Origin: Candidatus Omnitrophota bacterium
GTDB lineage: Bacteria > Omnitrophota > Gorgyraeia > Zapsychrales > JANLHA01
Reading direction: 5' to 3'
Length of the DNA: 64,000 bases
Assembly (NCBI GenBank): GCA_023143685.1
Contig: JAGLHE010000055.1
Coordinates: forward strand, 14,984-78,983
The notes under the pieces are model-generated. The model saw nothing but the letters and a program-made list of their open reading frames with translations. It was not told the origin of the DNA and made no database searches. A program made the translations under genes and the position numbers. Shown one piece after another: positions 19,898-29,537 of this stretch (positions are counted from its first letter, which is position 1; every line of letters begins with the position of its first letter).

Positions 19898-21532
19898 TCA
19901 ATAAACTAAATCACATTTAATTTCAAACACCCTTGAAACACCTTGGATATCCGATGAAACTAACGTAGCCTCTTCAAAAAAAGATGAAGACTCTAATTGC
20001 TCCATAAGCACTGTCAAAACCGGCTCCCCAATGCTGGCACTGAAAGGAGCAGCCCCTTTCATCACCACACTATGCTGATCATGGTCAAAAAACAACTCTC
20101 GCAAAACAACGTCTTTGGGAACAATCGTCCCGACAACCTTCAGAAGGCCATTAACAGGAAGGTGGCCAGCCACAATCTTTTCCATGAGGCCTTCACGCAT
20201 AATAATCTTTTGTTTAAGAAATTTAATTTCACCCACAGCTTGCAAATGACGTTTAGCATACTCAAGCCGTGCCCGATAATCCCGTATCTGAAACTCCGTA
20301 ATGAACAATAAAAATAAAAAAATTGCCCCAACCGATACCGCACAGAGCCGCAAAAACACTCTTTGAAATTGCTCAATTCTTTGCGTTTGGATCTCAAAAG
20401 GCAACAGGTTAATTGTGCGTGCACCGCCCATCGCCGCCCCGACGGCATTAACGATTCGGTTCTGATCATCCATCCCAATCTCTAACCCTTTTTGTGGCCG
20501 GGCGTCAATACATGGCGGGAAAAAAAGATACGAAATCCCGATCCCTGTTTCTTTACGCAAATATTTCCCGAGATTTTTTAAGTTAGCTCCTTCTCCCGTG
20601 ATGTAAAGGACCTCTGGACGCCCCTGCCCGAAAGTACTGACAAAATAATCAAAAGAAAAACGTATCTCTCTCACAATAGTTTCTAACACCGGCCTGAGAA
20701 GGGATAGCACATAACTCGCAGGGATCTCTTCTGTCAACCGGGCATTCTCATCTACAGGAATACCAAATTTGTTTTTCAAGTTTTCTGCTTCATCGTACGT
20801 TAAAGAAATTCGCCCCTTTTCTGAAACCAAACTTTCTGTCAACGCTTGTGTCATCCGCTGAGCTGAAACCGGGATTTCACGTGTAAAACAAAGCTTGTTC
20901 TCCACGTAAATACTTAAAACCGTATCTTTGCAATCAATATCTAAAACCGCTGAAATCTCGGGGTTCCCCGGTAAGTCTTTAAATAAATCACTATAATTAA
21001 AAGACGCACTGGTAATGCCAAATGGACTCAGGCCGCATTCGTCAAGAATAGACAAATAAGAATCCACTGTCTGTCTGGCGATAGCAATAAAAACTATTCC
21101 GACCTTCCTGGCGCCATCAGCATCTTCATACTCCCGAACCACATGCCAGTCAATGCAAGCTGTTTCAATATCAAAAGGAGCCTCTTCCTTCAATTTCCAT
21201 TTCGCCGCGCCCAAGAGTTCATCTTTCGGCAAAACAGGAAGTTCCAGATGCTGAACAAACACAAACTCCACATCAGAAATACTCACAACAACTTCTTTTT
21301 CCTGAATATTATTATCCTTAAGAAAACTCTGAATAATTCCTGTCATCACCTTAGAAAGATCTCCGACGTCATCCGGGATTCCCTGAAAGGCATAGGCTAG
21401 TATACGATATCCCTTCGCCGACGACTCCATATGAACAAGCTCAACCGATGAATGATTAAAGTCAATCGACAAAAACCTTGTCATCTTCTTTTGAAAAGGC
21501 TCAATAAATTTAAGAATCGTTTTGTATTTCAT
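19898..21532 (-). CDS. pilM: PilM-PilN fusion
   Basis: Actin-like SIDF..., ITGEGANL, INLLP junction, then TM and PilN-like domain. Confidence 0.8.
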   Translation of the reverse strand: MKYKTILKFIEPFQKKMTRFLSIDFNHSSVELVHMESSAKGYRILAYAFQGIPDDVGDLSKVMTGIIQSFLKDNNIQEKEVVVSISDVEFVFVQHLELPVLPKDELLGAAKWKLKEEAPFDIETACIDWHVVREYEDADGARKVGIVFIAIARQTVDSYLSILDECGLSPFGITSASFNYSDLFKDLPGNPEISAVLDIDCKDTVLSIYVENKLCFTREIPVSAQRMTQALTESLVSEKGRISLTYDEAENLKNKFGIPVDENARLTEEIPASYVLSLLRPVLETIVREIRFSFDYFVSTFGQGRPEVLYITGEGANLKNLGKYLRKETGIGISYLFFPPCIDARPQKGLEIGMDDQNRIVNAVGAAMGGARTINLLPFEIQTQRIEQFQRVFLRLCAVSVGAIFLFLLFITEFQIRDYRARLEYAKRHLQAVGEIKFLKQKIIMREGLMEKIVAGHLPVNGLLKVVGTIVPKDVVLRELFFDHDQHSVVMKGAAPFSASIGEPVLTVLMEQLESSSFFEEATLVSSDIQGVSRVFEIKCDLVY

Positions 21533-21541
21533 AATAATTTC

Positions 21542-22099
21542 TTATTGAAACTTTTTAACCGCTACCGACGTGCTCATATCTGCCCGGCCTTCCCAGGCGT
21601 CGTAACTTCCCGTGCCAGTCTGTGCAACCAAATTATTTATTACTATCCTCCGGACATCCTCCGGCACACTGGTGACTGCTCCAGCCCCATCATAAAAAGA
21701 AAATAACTGTGCGCTATCCGTGGACAAACTTACGCCAGCTATTTGATAATACGGAATAAAACTCCACGGGTCACCATCAACCGAACGCTCCAAACGATCC
21801 GTGGCTTGATTTAAACGATATCGGATTGTCTGGCTATCCTGGTTAATAAACTCAACCTGGCTGCCGCTTATCGCCGTAATTTCTTTACTGAAACGCAATC
21901 CTTTCGCCTGGGCATCACCGTCCACAATAATATCCAAAGCATCCGCGGCCAGCATGTCCATATTCAGCTGATTCGGGAGAAACACCGTATTCTGCACCAA
22001 AAAGACCATAATGTAACCTCCTGATACAGAAAGTGTTGCAATAATTGCAATCACCATAACCAGCTCAATCAGTGAAAATCCTCGTTGATTATACCCCAT
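21542..22099 (-). CDS. Minor pilin
   Basis: Prepilin motif RGFSLIEL. Confidence 0.85.
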   Translation of the reverse strand: MGYNQRGFSLIELVMVIAIIATLSVSGGYIMVFLVQNTVFLPNQLNMDMLAADALDIIVDGDAQAKGLRFSKEITAISGSQVEFINQDSQTIRYRLNQATDRLERSVDGDPWSFIPYYQIAGVSLSTDSAQLFSFYDGAGAVTSVPEDVRRIVINNLVAQTGTGSYDAWEGRADMSTSVAVKKFQ

Positions 22100-22496
22100 A
22101 AGTCACATTCTTGGCAACATAAGTTACTAAACTTACGAGCACAGTTGCACTGCCTGACTTTGTTACCTGGACAGTGATTTGTTTTAACGCCTCAACACTT
22201 GAATCATTGCCAGAAGCATAACTAACCGTTCGCGTGACATCATAATCATAGCTTTGATAATTCGGGAATGAAGCTGTTGTAATATTTGCAAAATCCAGGT
22301 TATCAACTAACTCTATTTCATATTGCGCTAAATAAAGGGCTGCAGTGTAATCCTGGGATAAAAACGCACTCTGTATGTAACGTGCTACCAGCGATGCTAA
22401 AGGCAACGCCACAATCGTGACAATAACGATTGTCATAATCAGCTCGATTAATGTGAACCCTTTTTGTTTACGGCATGATCTCTGTATTAACTTCAT
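22089..22496 (-). CDS. Minor pilin (PilV-like)
   Basis: KGFTLIEL. Confidence 0.85.
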   Translation of the reverse strand: MKLIQRSCRKQKGFTLIELIMTIVIVTIVALPLASLVARYIQSAFLSQDYTAALYLAQYEIELVDNLDFANITTASFPNYQSYDYDVTRTVSYASGNDSSVEALKQITVQVTKSGSATVLVSLVTYVAKNVTYGV

Positions 22497-23256
22497 AATA
22501 ATTTGTAATATTTCCTATTATAGCATTATAATCGGCATGGATTGTATGATAAATACTGGACCCAGCTATTTTCCCTGTGGATTCAACAGAAAAGTTATAA
22601 TTATTCGATGCGGGGAAAACCGTCACATCTTTTATGGAACCGCCGGTCATAACAAACTGCACATTAACAGTTGACCCTGTCATATCTTTATCAAAACGAA
22701 AATAATCAATTGCATATCTTGTCGGGATGATATCAAGTGTAAAATCACTAATATCCGCATCAACAGGAGACGCCAAATTCCCAGTCCAAACATTTTTCCC
22801 ATTAATACGGATCCTGCGTAAAGATGGACTTGTATCCCAGGAAACGATCATACGCTCAATAATAATCGGCTGCGAATTCGTTGCATTCTGAATATAAATT
22901 TCTTCAAGTAAATTATTTTTAGATCCTGTCAAAACAGATGCTGACAGGTCCACCATTAAAAGGCCTGCATCACCACCGCTACTGCTTGCGCCTAAGACAA
23001 AGTAACTATCGTCTATGTTTGTTTGGCCTAAAGAAAAGTATCCATTACCGACTGTATCTTGAAAACGAAAATTATAGATCGCACTCTGAATACCAGCCTG
23101 GGCAAGGTACAAAGCCTTCTTATCAATTTCTTTAACACCTGTTTGAGACAATCTTTGAATAATAAAAGTAGCAACCCCTAAAACAGCGACGGATGCAAAT
23201 ACCATCAGCATAATTGAGGCAACGAGAGTAATTCCTTTTTTATTTGGTAAGATCAT
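22468..23256 (-). CDS. PilX/GspK-like minor pilin
   Basis: KKGITLVAS (no Glu5), ALYLAQAGI. Confidence 0.75.
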   Translation of the reverse strand: MILPNKKGITLVASIMLMVFASVAVLGVATFIIQRLSQTGVKEIDKKALYLAQAGIQSAIYNFRFQDTVGNGYFSLGQTNIDDSYFVLGASSSGGDAGLLMVDLSASVLTGSKNNLLEEIYIQNATNSQPIIIERMIVSWDTSPSLRRIRINGKNVWTGNLASPVDADISDFTLDIIPTRYAIDYFRFDKDMTGSTVNVQFVMTGGSIKDVTVFPASNNYNFSVESTGKIAGSSIYHTIHADYNAIIGNITNYYEVNTEIMP

Positions 23257-23290
23257 ATCTTTAAAGAAGCTTCTGCGGGAGATTTTGGCA

Positions 23291-23334
23291 TAATGCCCCT
23301 TTCAGCTATTTGATTCCAGCCGAAAGGGGCATTA
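23291..23334. terminator. Strong hairpin downstream of major pilin
   Basis: TAATGCCCCTTTC/GAAAGGGGCATTA 13-bp stem. Confidence 0.65.
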
Positions 23335-23404
23335 TACATGAAACACCAACTAATTAACCTAACACACCAGGAATTACGAAAACCCTTTTTAGGCCGGGCT
23401 TGTA

Positions 23405-23800
23405 CTAATTACCTATAAAACCCCCATCTCCAACGGTGTAGGTGTATGTTAGTCCAGTATCTGTGTCCGGACCAGTATAAGTCGTAGCGCCTTGTTTTGT
23501 CCAACCTTCTGTAATCCCCCCTTGTGATAAAATTGTATCAAAACAAGGAGCGCTGGCTGAACATGCGGTTGGTGCGCCTGCATTGCCATCCAGCGTTGCA
23601 GGAAAAGCCTTGTTCTGCGCAAAATAAGTTTGGATCCCGGCACGGACACCACCCACAACACCTTTTTCAGCAGCTGTGTTAGCATCACTTTGCAGGTCAT
23701 AATATCTCGGAATCGCTACCGCAGCCAAGACACCCAGGATCACGATGATCATGATCAATTCGATGAGGGTAAAACCTTTGTTTCTTCTCATCTGCTCCAC
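23405..23800 (-). CDS. Major type IV pilin (MshA-like)
   Basis: KGFTLIELIMIIVILGVLAAVAIPRY; AGGAGG RBS; Cys pair. Confidence 0.9.
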   Translation of the reverse strand: MEQMRRNKGFTLIELIMIIVILGVLAAVAIPRYYDLQSDANTAAEKGVVGGVRAGIQTYFAQNKAFPATLDGNAGAPTACSASAPCFDTILSQGGITEGWTKQGATTYTGPDTDTGLTYTYTVGDGGFIGN

Positions 23801-23930
23801 CTCCTTTGTTGGTTAAACATAAACTTTTTACCCAAAATGCCAAAATCTTTTTTTACAGTTTGGATCATTTAAGGCTTCCTCTGATTAATTAAAACTTTTG
23901 CATCCTTCCTCAACAGGTAAAACAAAAATT

Positions 23931-25151
23931 CTATCTCTTAAACAAGCTCATCAAATCCCACATCGGCAAAAAGATTCCTAATGCCACAAACAAAACAATT
24001 CCGCCAAGGACAAAAACTAAAATCGGTTCAATCAAAGACACCAAATTATTAATCGTATGGTCTGCCTGGGAATCATAATAGTCCGCAATATGAAGCAACA
24101 ACTCATCCAGCTTGCCTGTCTCTTCTCCAACCGCGACCATCTGCGTGACAACCGGTGAAAACAATTCACTCTGCTGGATCGGGGCCAGCATTCCGCTTCC
24201 TTCATTCACACTTTCTTTAATATCCTCAATCGCGCGCGCAACAATAATATTGCCAACACTTTCTTTAACAATACCAAGGATCTGCAAAATCGGCACACCA
24301 CTGTGCATCAATGTTCCTGTAACACGACAGAACCTTGACATAGTTAACTTTAAAAAGAGCGGGCCGAAAATTGGTATTTTTAATTTTAACCTATCCCAAA
24401 TGATTTGTCCTCTATTTGTTTGAATAATTTTATGCGCCAAAAAAATAATGCCAGCAACAGCCAGGGCCAATAACCACCAATAATTTCGAACAAGATAATT
24501 CGTCCCCAACAACACACGCGTCGGGAAAGGCAACTCAGTGGTAAACTGGTCATACAGATTTGAAAACTTGGGGACAACAAACGTCACCAACCCCAAAAAG
24601 CCAAGGACAAGAGACACGACGACAAGAAGAGGATAACGCATCGCCCCCTCTATGCGCATACGGATAACTTCGTCATGCTCCCCTAACTTTGCCAGCCGCT
24701 CTAAGGTTTCTGGCAGACGGCCGGAAACTTCACCAGACTCAAGCATATTCACATACATCCGGTTAAAAACTCCAGGATGCCGGCCAAAGGCTGTTGAAAG
24801 ATTTGATCCTGCCTCAATATCCCGGGAAATCTGGCCTAAAACATCTCTCAAAACAACATTCGTTGCCTGGTCTTTAAGTGCACGCAAACTTGCAAGAATC
24901 GGCAAACCAGCTTTTTGTAACGCAAAAAGCTGACGGGTAAACATATTAACATCCTGAAAGCGCACCCTTTTAAACTTATCTATAAGCTTCGCGCTAGGCA
25001 GTTCTGTTTCCCTTTGCTCATTAATCGCAATAGGCAAATACGCCATCTGTTCCAATTTAGACGCAACCGCATCCCTGGAATCAGCACCCATAACCCCTTC
25101 AACCAATTTTCCAAATTTGTCTCGAGCTTTATAACGATAGGTCGTAGCCAT
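23931..25151 (-). CDS. pilC: PilC/GspF inner-membrane platform
   Basis: YRYKARD..G, FTRQL, AGLPIL, GEETGKLDE, IEPIL. Confidence 0.93.
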   Translation of the reverse strand: MATTYRYKARDKFGKLVEGVMGADSRDAVASKLEQMAYLPIAINEQRETELPSAKLIDKFKRVRFQDVNMFTRQLFALQKAGLPILASLRALKDQATNVVLRDVLGQISRDIEAGSNLSTAFGRHPGVFNRMYVNMLESGEVSGRLPETLERLAKLGEHDEVIRMRIEGAMRYPLLVVVSLVLGFLGLVTFVVPKFSNLYDQFTTELPFPTRVLLGTNYLVRNYWWLLALAVAGIIFLAHKIIQTNRGQIIWDRLKLKIPIFGPLFLKLTMSRFCRVTGTLMHSGVPILQILGIVKESVGNIIVARAIEDIKESVNEGSGMLAPIQQSELFSPVVTQMVAVGEETGKLDELLLHIADYYDSQADHTINNLVSLIEPILVFVLGGIVLFVALGIFLPMWDLMSLFKR

Positions 25152-25188
25152 AAATCGCATTTTGCATTTTGCATTTCGCAAAAGCAAA

Positions 25189-26871
25189 CTATTCCACCTC
25201 TGTAACGCGCACCACCTCTTCAATCGTGGTAATGCCCTCTTTTGCCTTAAGAAGGCCATCTTCACGCAGTGTTTTCAAACCCTTTTCCCTGGTATATCTC
25301 TTTATTTCATCCACAGACTTTCGTTCATCAACCATCTTGCGAATTTCTTCATCAATCGTTAAAATTTCAAAAATCCCTGTCCGGCCTAAATATCCTGTTT
25401 GATGACATTCCTTGCACCCTTTTCCACGATAAAATGTCGTTCCATTCTCAATCCCTAATTCCCTAAATGCCTCCTCCGACAGAGCCTCTTTATCCCTACA
25501 CTTCGGACAAATCACCCGCACTAACCGTTGCGCTACGACACCGACAATCGCACTCGAAATCAAGAACGGTTCTACACCCATATCTATCAATCTCGTTAAC
25601 GCCGACGGAGCATCATTTGTGTGCAATGTTGAGAAGACCAAGTGGCCTGTTAGTGCCGCCTGAATAGAGACATCCGCTGTTTCTTTATCCCGGATTTCCC
25701 CGACCATAATAATATCCGGATCTTGTCGCAAAATACTGCGCAACCCCTTTGCAAACGTAATATCAGCTTTTGGATTAATCTGCGTCTGACGAATCAACGG
25801 CAACTCGTATTCCACGGGATCTTCAATTGTAATAATGTTCTTTTCAATTGAGCTGATCGTCGTTAAGGCCGCATAAAGGCTGGATGTCTTTCCGCTTCCC
25901 GTCGGCCCTGTTATCAAAATAATTCCATTTGTCCGACGGATCAACTTATCAAACACTTCCAAATCCTGCCCGACAAAACCTGTTTCTTTCAACCCCAAAA
26001 CAACTGATGAGCGGTCCAGCAAACGCATCACAACATTTTCTCCATGGATTGTCGGAAATGTTGAAACACGCACATCCAGATCTTTATTTTCAATCTTCAA
26101 ACGGAATCGGCCGTCTTGCGCTTTACGGCTTTCCGCAATATCCAATTTTGACAGAATTTTAATACGAGAAATAACGGCCCCTTGCAGCCTTTTTGGCAAA
26201 ACCGTTATTTCGTGAAGCAACCCATCAATCCGGTTACGGACACGCACACCTTCTTCCTCGGGTTCAATATGAATATCCGAGACCCGATCCTTAACCGCTT
26301 GCGACACAATCGTGTTAACTAATTTAATAACCGGGGCTTCTTCTGCGACCTCAACCAGGCTATCCACTCTCCCTGCAATCTCTTTATCAATCGACTGAAC
26401 AATATCTTCAATCGTTCCACCCCCCCGATAAAAAGTGTCTAAAATTCTTTGAATCCCTTTCTCTGAAACCGCTACCGGCTCAACCATCTCCATCTTACTG
26501 ATTCGACGGATATGATCCACGGCGACAATATCCTGCGGATCAAGCATTCCGATTGTCAAACTGCTCCCTATCTTAAAAAGTGGAACAACCTTATATTTTT
26601 TAACAACATTCTCAGTGATAAGCTTTGTGATTTCCGGATCAATAGCATAATCCGTTAAATCGACATAAGGAAGCCCAAGCGCAATGGCCTGGGCTCTAAC
26701 AATGTCTTCTGAAACAATAAATCCAAGTTTTTCCAAAGCCTTTTCAATACTAAGGCCTGTCCGCATGGCCTCTTGTCTGGCTTTTTCCAGGACCTCTTGA
26801 TTAACAAGGCCTTCCTTAAGCAGAAGGTCAATGATCTCTCTTTGCCGACGGACAATATTTTGTTTTTCCAT
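25189..26871 (-). CDS. pilB: PilB/GspE assembly ATPase
   Basis: GPTGSGKT, TIEDPVE, LRQDPD, HTN, two CxxC motifs. Confidence 0.94.
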   Translation of the reverse strand: MEKQNIVRRQREIIDLLLKEGLVNQEVLEKARQEAMRTGLSIEKALEKLGFIVSEDIVRAQAIALGLPYVDLTDYAIDPEITKLITENVVKKYKVVPLFKIGSSLTIGMLDPQDIVAVDHIRRISKMEMVEPVAVSEKGIQRILDTFYRGGGTIEDIVQSIDKEIAGRVDSLVEVAEEAPVIKLVNTIVSQAVKDRVSDIHIEPEEEGVRVRNRIDGLLHEITVLPKRLQGAVISRIKILSKLDIAESRKAQDGRFRLKIENKDLDVRVSTFPTIHGENVVMRLLDRSSVVLGLKETGFVGQDLEVFDKLIRRTNGIILITGPTGSGKTSSLYAALTTISSIEKNIITIEDPVEYELPLIRQTQINPKADITFAKGLRSILRQDPDIIMVGEIRDKETADVSIQAALTGHLVFSTLHTNDAPSALTRLIDMGVEPFLISSAIVGVVAQRLVRVICPKCRDKEALSEEAFRELGIENGTTFYRGKGCKECHQTGYLGRTGIFEILTIDEEIRKMVDERKSVDEIKRYTREKGLKTLREDGLLKAKEGITTIEEVVRVTEVE

Positions 26872-26965
26872 ATCCCCCACCCCGTTTCGCATCACACGTT
26901 GTTATACTGCAACTCCGAATTCAGGCCGCGTAGCGACACAACAACAAAATACTATTCACGAAATA

Positions 26966-27340
26966 CTAACTTTTATTAATCAACTCTTTCACTTTTCCCA
27001 TCAATATTTCCGGGTCAAATGGTTTCGTGATATATGCATCCGCGCCGACTTCATACCCGAGTTTTCGATCTTGCTCCTGGACGCGAGCCGTAAACATAAT
27101 AATCGGAATATCTTTATATTTCTCGTCAAACTTGAGCATCCGGCAGACCATATATCCATGCATTTTCGGCAACATAAGATCAAGAATAATTAAATCCACC
27201 GATTCACCGCGCGCCTTATCCAAAGCAACCTGGCCATCCGTCGCTGTTACGACCTCATACCCCCTGGCCTCAAGCTGCATCTTGACCGCGTAGACCATAT
27301 CCTCTTCATCGTCGACTAAAAGAATTTTTTTCTTACTCAT
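26966..27340 (-). CDS. Single-domain response regulator
   Basis: LVDDE, LDLMLP, KP. Confidence 0.92.
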   Translation of the reverse strand: MSKKKILLVDDEEDMVYAVKMQLEARGYEVVTATDGQVALDKARGESVDLIILDLMLPKMHGYMVCRMLKFDEKYKDIPIIMFTARVQEQDRKLGYEVGADAYITKPFDPEILMGKVKELINKS

Positions 27341-29372
27341 AATACAATTTCAATTCTTCCGAAAGAAGTTTTTGATCCTTTTTTGATATTTTTGTAAATT
27401 CAATACCCATTCGATACCGCGGCATCGTCTCTCCGGGAGGTATTCCCAAGTCTTTAATCCATGCCATACGCCCTGCTGCTTGAATAATCTCCCTTTTTTT
27501 AATAAGCTCAATTTTCACTTTGAATATCTCATCCGTTTTTATCGGGACATGACTATCAAAACAAGAACCATTTTCCGAAAGATCAACTGTCTGACATAAA
27601 CGACTTGCCTTATCCGGATATATCGCTTCCAGGGCGGTATTATACTTAATTCTTTTACTACGTCGTATTTCTGAGCCAATATAAATCTCTTTAATATTAA
27701 GATTTGTCCTGGATCCTGCGTTGTCCTGAGGATAATCATTCACCGAATATGCCATCATTCCCAATGCAATAAAAACATCATCAATATTATTTTGCAAAAA
27801 ATAAAATTTTGTTTTATCCCGCACACATTCACAAAAGTCGGACATAACCCTGGCCTTAACGCCGGAAAATATAACGCTGTACTTCCCTTGTTGAATCTCT
27901 GCAATCTCAATTTGATTGTCTTCCCTCATGTGTTCATGAAAAATTTCCTGATGCGCTTCATCCATAATCCGCCTGAGCTGGCCATAAAAATCCTTTGGCT
28001 TCACATCCACCTTTTTCTTAAACTCGTCGTAATTGACAATCATAAGATTAACCAAAAACACCGACTTATCTAATGCCAGAAACTCATTAATCCTTTCCTG
28101 AGTTGCTTCCGGGACAACCGTGGCTGTGTAGAATCTAAAAAGCGTAAAATAAATTTTTGTCCCTACCCCGGCTTCGGACTCAGCCCAAATCTCTCCGCCA
28201 TGCTGCTCAACCAACTCTTTAACAATAGCAAGGCCTAACCCTAATCCCTTTTTGCGGTCTTCACTTTTTTTCCCTACCTGGACAAATTTATTGAAAATCT
28301 TCGGCAAGTCTTCTTCCGAAATCCCCATACCCGTATCAATCACACCCACGCGCACCTTTGACTGCAAGACCTCCAGCTGAACCTTAATAGATCCATTTTC
28401 TCCTGTAAACTTGATCGCATTCGTAACAAGGTTAGTAATAACCTGAACGATTCTTTCCGCATCCACAAAGATCGTGATGGCATGTTTAGGCAATTGATAC
28501 GTAATTTTAATATTTTTCTCAGCAGCCTGTTTTTTAAAATAAGTTCTCGTCTCCTTCAAAAGGGCACTAAGATTAACTAACGAATATTGCAATTTAAGCG
28601 TTTCACGTTCAATACGCGAGGCATCCAGAAGCTTATCAATAATCCCTGTCAAACGGTCAATTTGAGAGCGAACCTTAACAACAATTTCTCTTTGTTTGTC
28701 ATTGATCGGCCCTGGAATCTCATCATAAATCAACAAAAACAATTGTTTCATAACAGCTAACGGTGTACGCAACTCATGCGAAACAGCCGATATGAATTCC
28801 GACTTCATTTCATTGGAACTGTCTTCCTCCAAAGATTCTATTTGACGTTCAACTTCCGCGCGCTTCTCACGCGCCTGCTCCGCCTTAAGACGCTTTGTCA
28901 CATCCCGGGTTACACAAATCATACCAATAATTTTCCCACTCTTATTATAATGTGGGACTTTGGTTGTAGAAACAAAGTTATCCTGGCCATCCGGCCGCGT
29001 AGCGCGTTCAATTTTATCAATAATCGAATACCCTGTCTGCATAACAAAATTATCATCTTCCGTCATTCGCTCCGCGCGATCTTTCGGGAAGAAATCAAAA
29101 TCCGTTTTCCCGATAATTTGCGCTGGCTTTAATTTAAGTCCCTTCGCGTAGGCCTTGTTAACCAGCACAAACTGCCCCTTGAGGTTTTTAAAATAAACGA
29201 CGTCGGGAACCTGATCCATAAAGTCCGTGAACAGTTCAAGGCCTTGCGGCACAACAGGTAAAATTTTTGCAATTGATTTTGTTTTAATAGCCCCGGAAGG
29301 AACTTTTGCTTTTGATTTGAGGCTTATCCTGGATTTTGTAGAAGTTTTTATGACTGCTTTCTTCTTTTTCAT
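27333..29372 (-). CDS. PAS-histidine kinase with degenerate GGDEF-like region and C-terminal PilZ domain
   Basis: PAS (IIGKTDFDF), SHELRTPL, GLGLGL, RRSKR..DLSENG; start placed at MKKKK. Confidence 0.82.
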   Translation of the reverse strand: MKKKKAVIKTSTKSRISLKSKAKVPSGAIKTKSIAKILPVVPQGLELFTDFMDQVPDVVYFKNLKGQFVLVNKAYAKGLKLKPAQIIGKTDFDFFPKDRAERMTEDDNFVMQTGYSIIDKIERATRPDGQDNFVSTTKVPHYNKSGKIIGMICVTRDVTKRLKAEQAREKRAEVERQIESLEEDSSNEMKSEFISAVSHELRTPLAVMKQLFLLIYDEIPGPINDKQREIVVKVRSQIDRLTGIIDKLLDASRIERETLKLQYSLVNLSALLKETRTYFKKQAAEKNIKITYQLPKHAITIFVDAERIVQVITNLVTNAIKFTGENGSIKVQLEVLQSKVRVGVIDTGMGISEEDLPKIFNKFVQVGKKSEDRKKGLGLGLAIVKELVEQHGGEIWAESEAGVGTKIYFTLFRFYTATVVPEATQERINEFLALDKSVFLVNLMIVNYDEFKKKVDVKPKDFYGQLRRIMDEAHQEIFHEHMREDNQIEIAEIQQGKYSVIFSGVKARVMSDFCECVRDKTKFYFLQNNIDDVFIALGMMAYSVNDYPQDNAGSRTNLNIKEIYIGSEIRRSKRIKYNTALEAIYPDKASRLCQTVDLSENGSCFDSHVPIKTDEIFKVKIELIKKREIIQAAGRMAWIKDLGIPPGETMPRYRMGIEFTKISKKDQKLLSEELKLYYE

Positions 29373-29537
29373 AGCGGAAACCTTACAAAAATCCTTTAGA
29401 AATCGTGGCTTATTTTCGAAAAATTTAATACAATATTTATTATTAGTAAAATTTATATTCGGGGATGATATTCGTGCTGTCAAGGTAAAGTTAAGTAAAA
29501 AATGGCATAACTCTATTCTTTCATTGCGAAAATTCTT

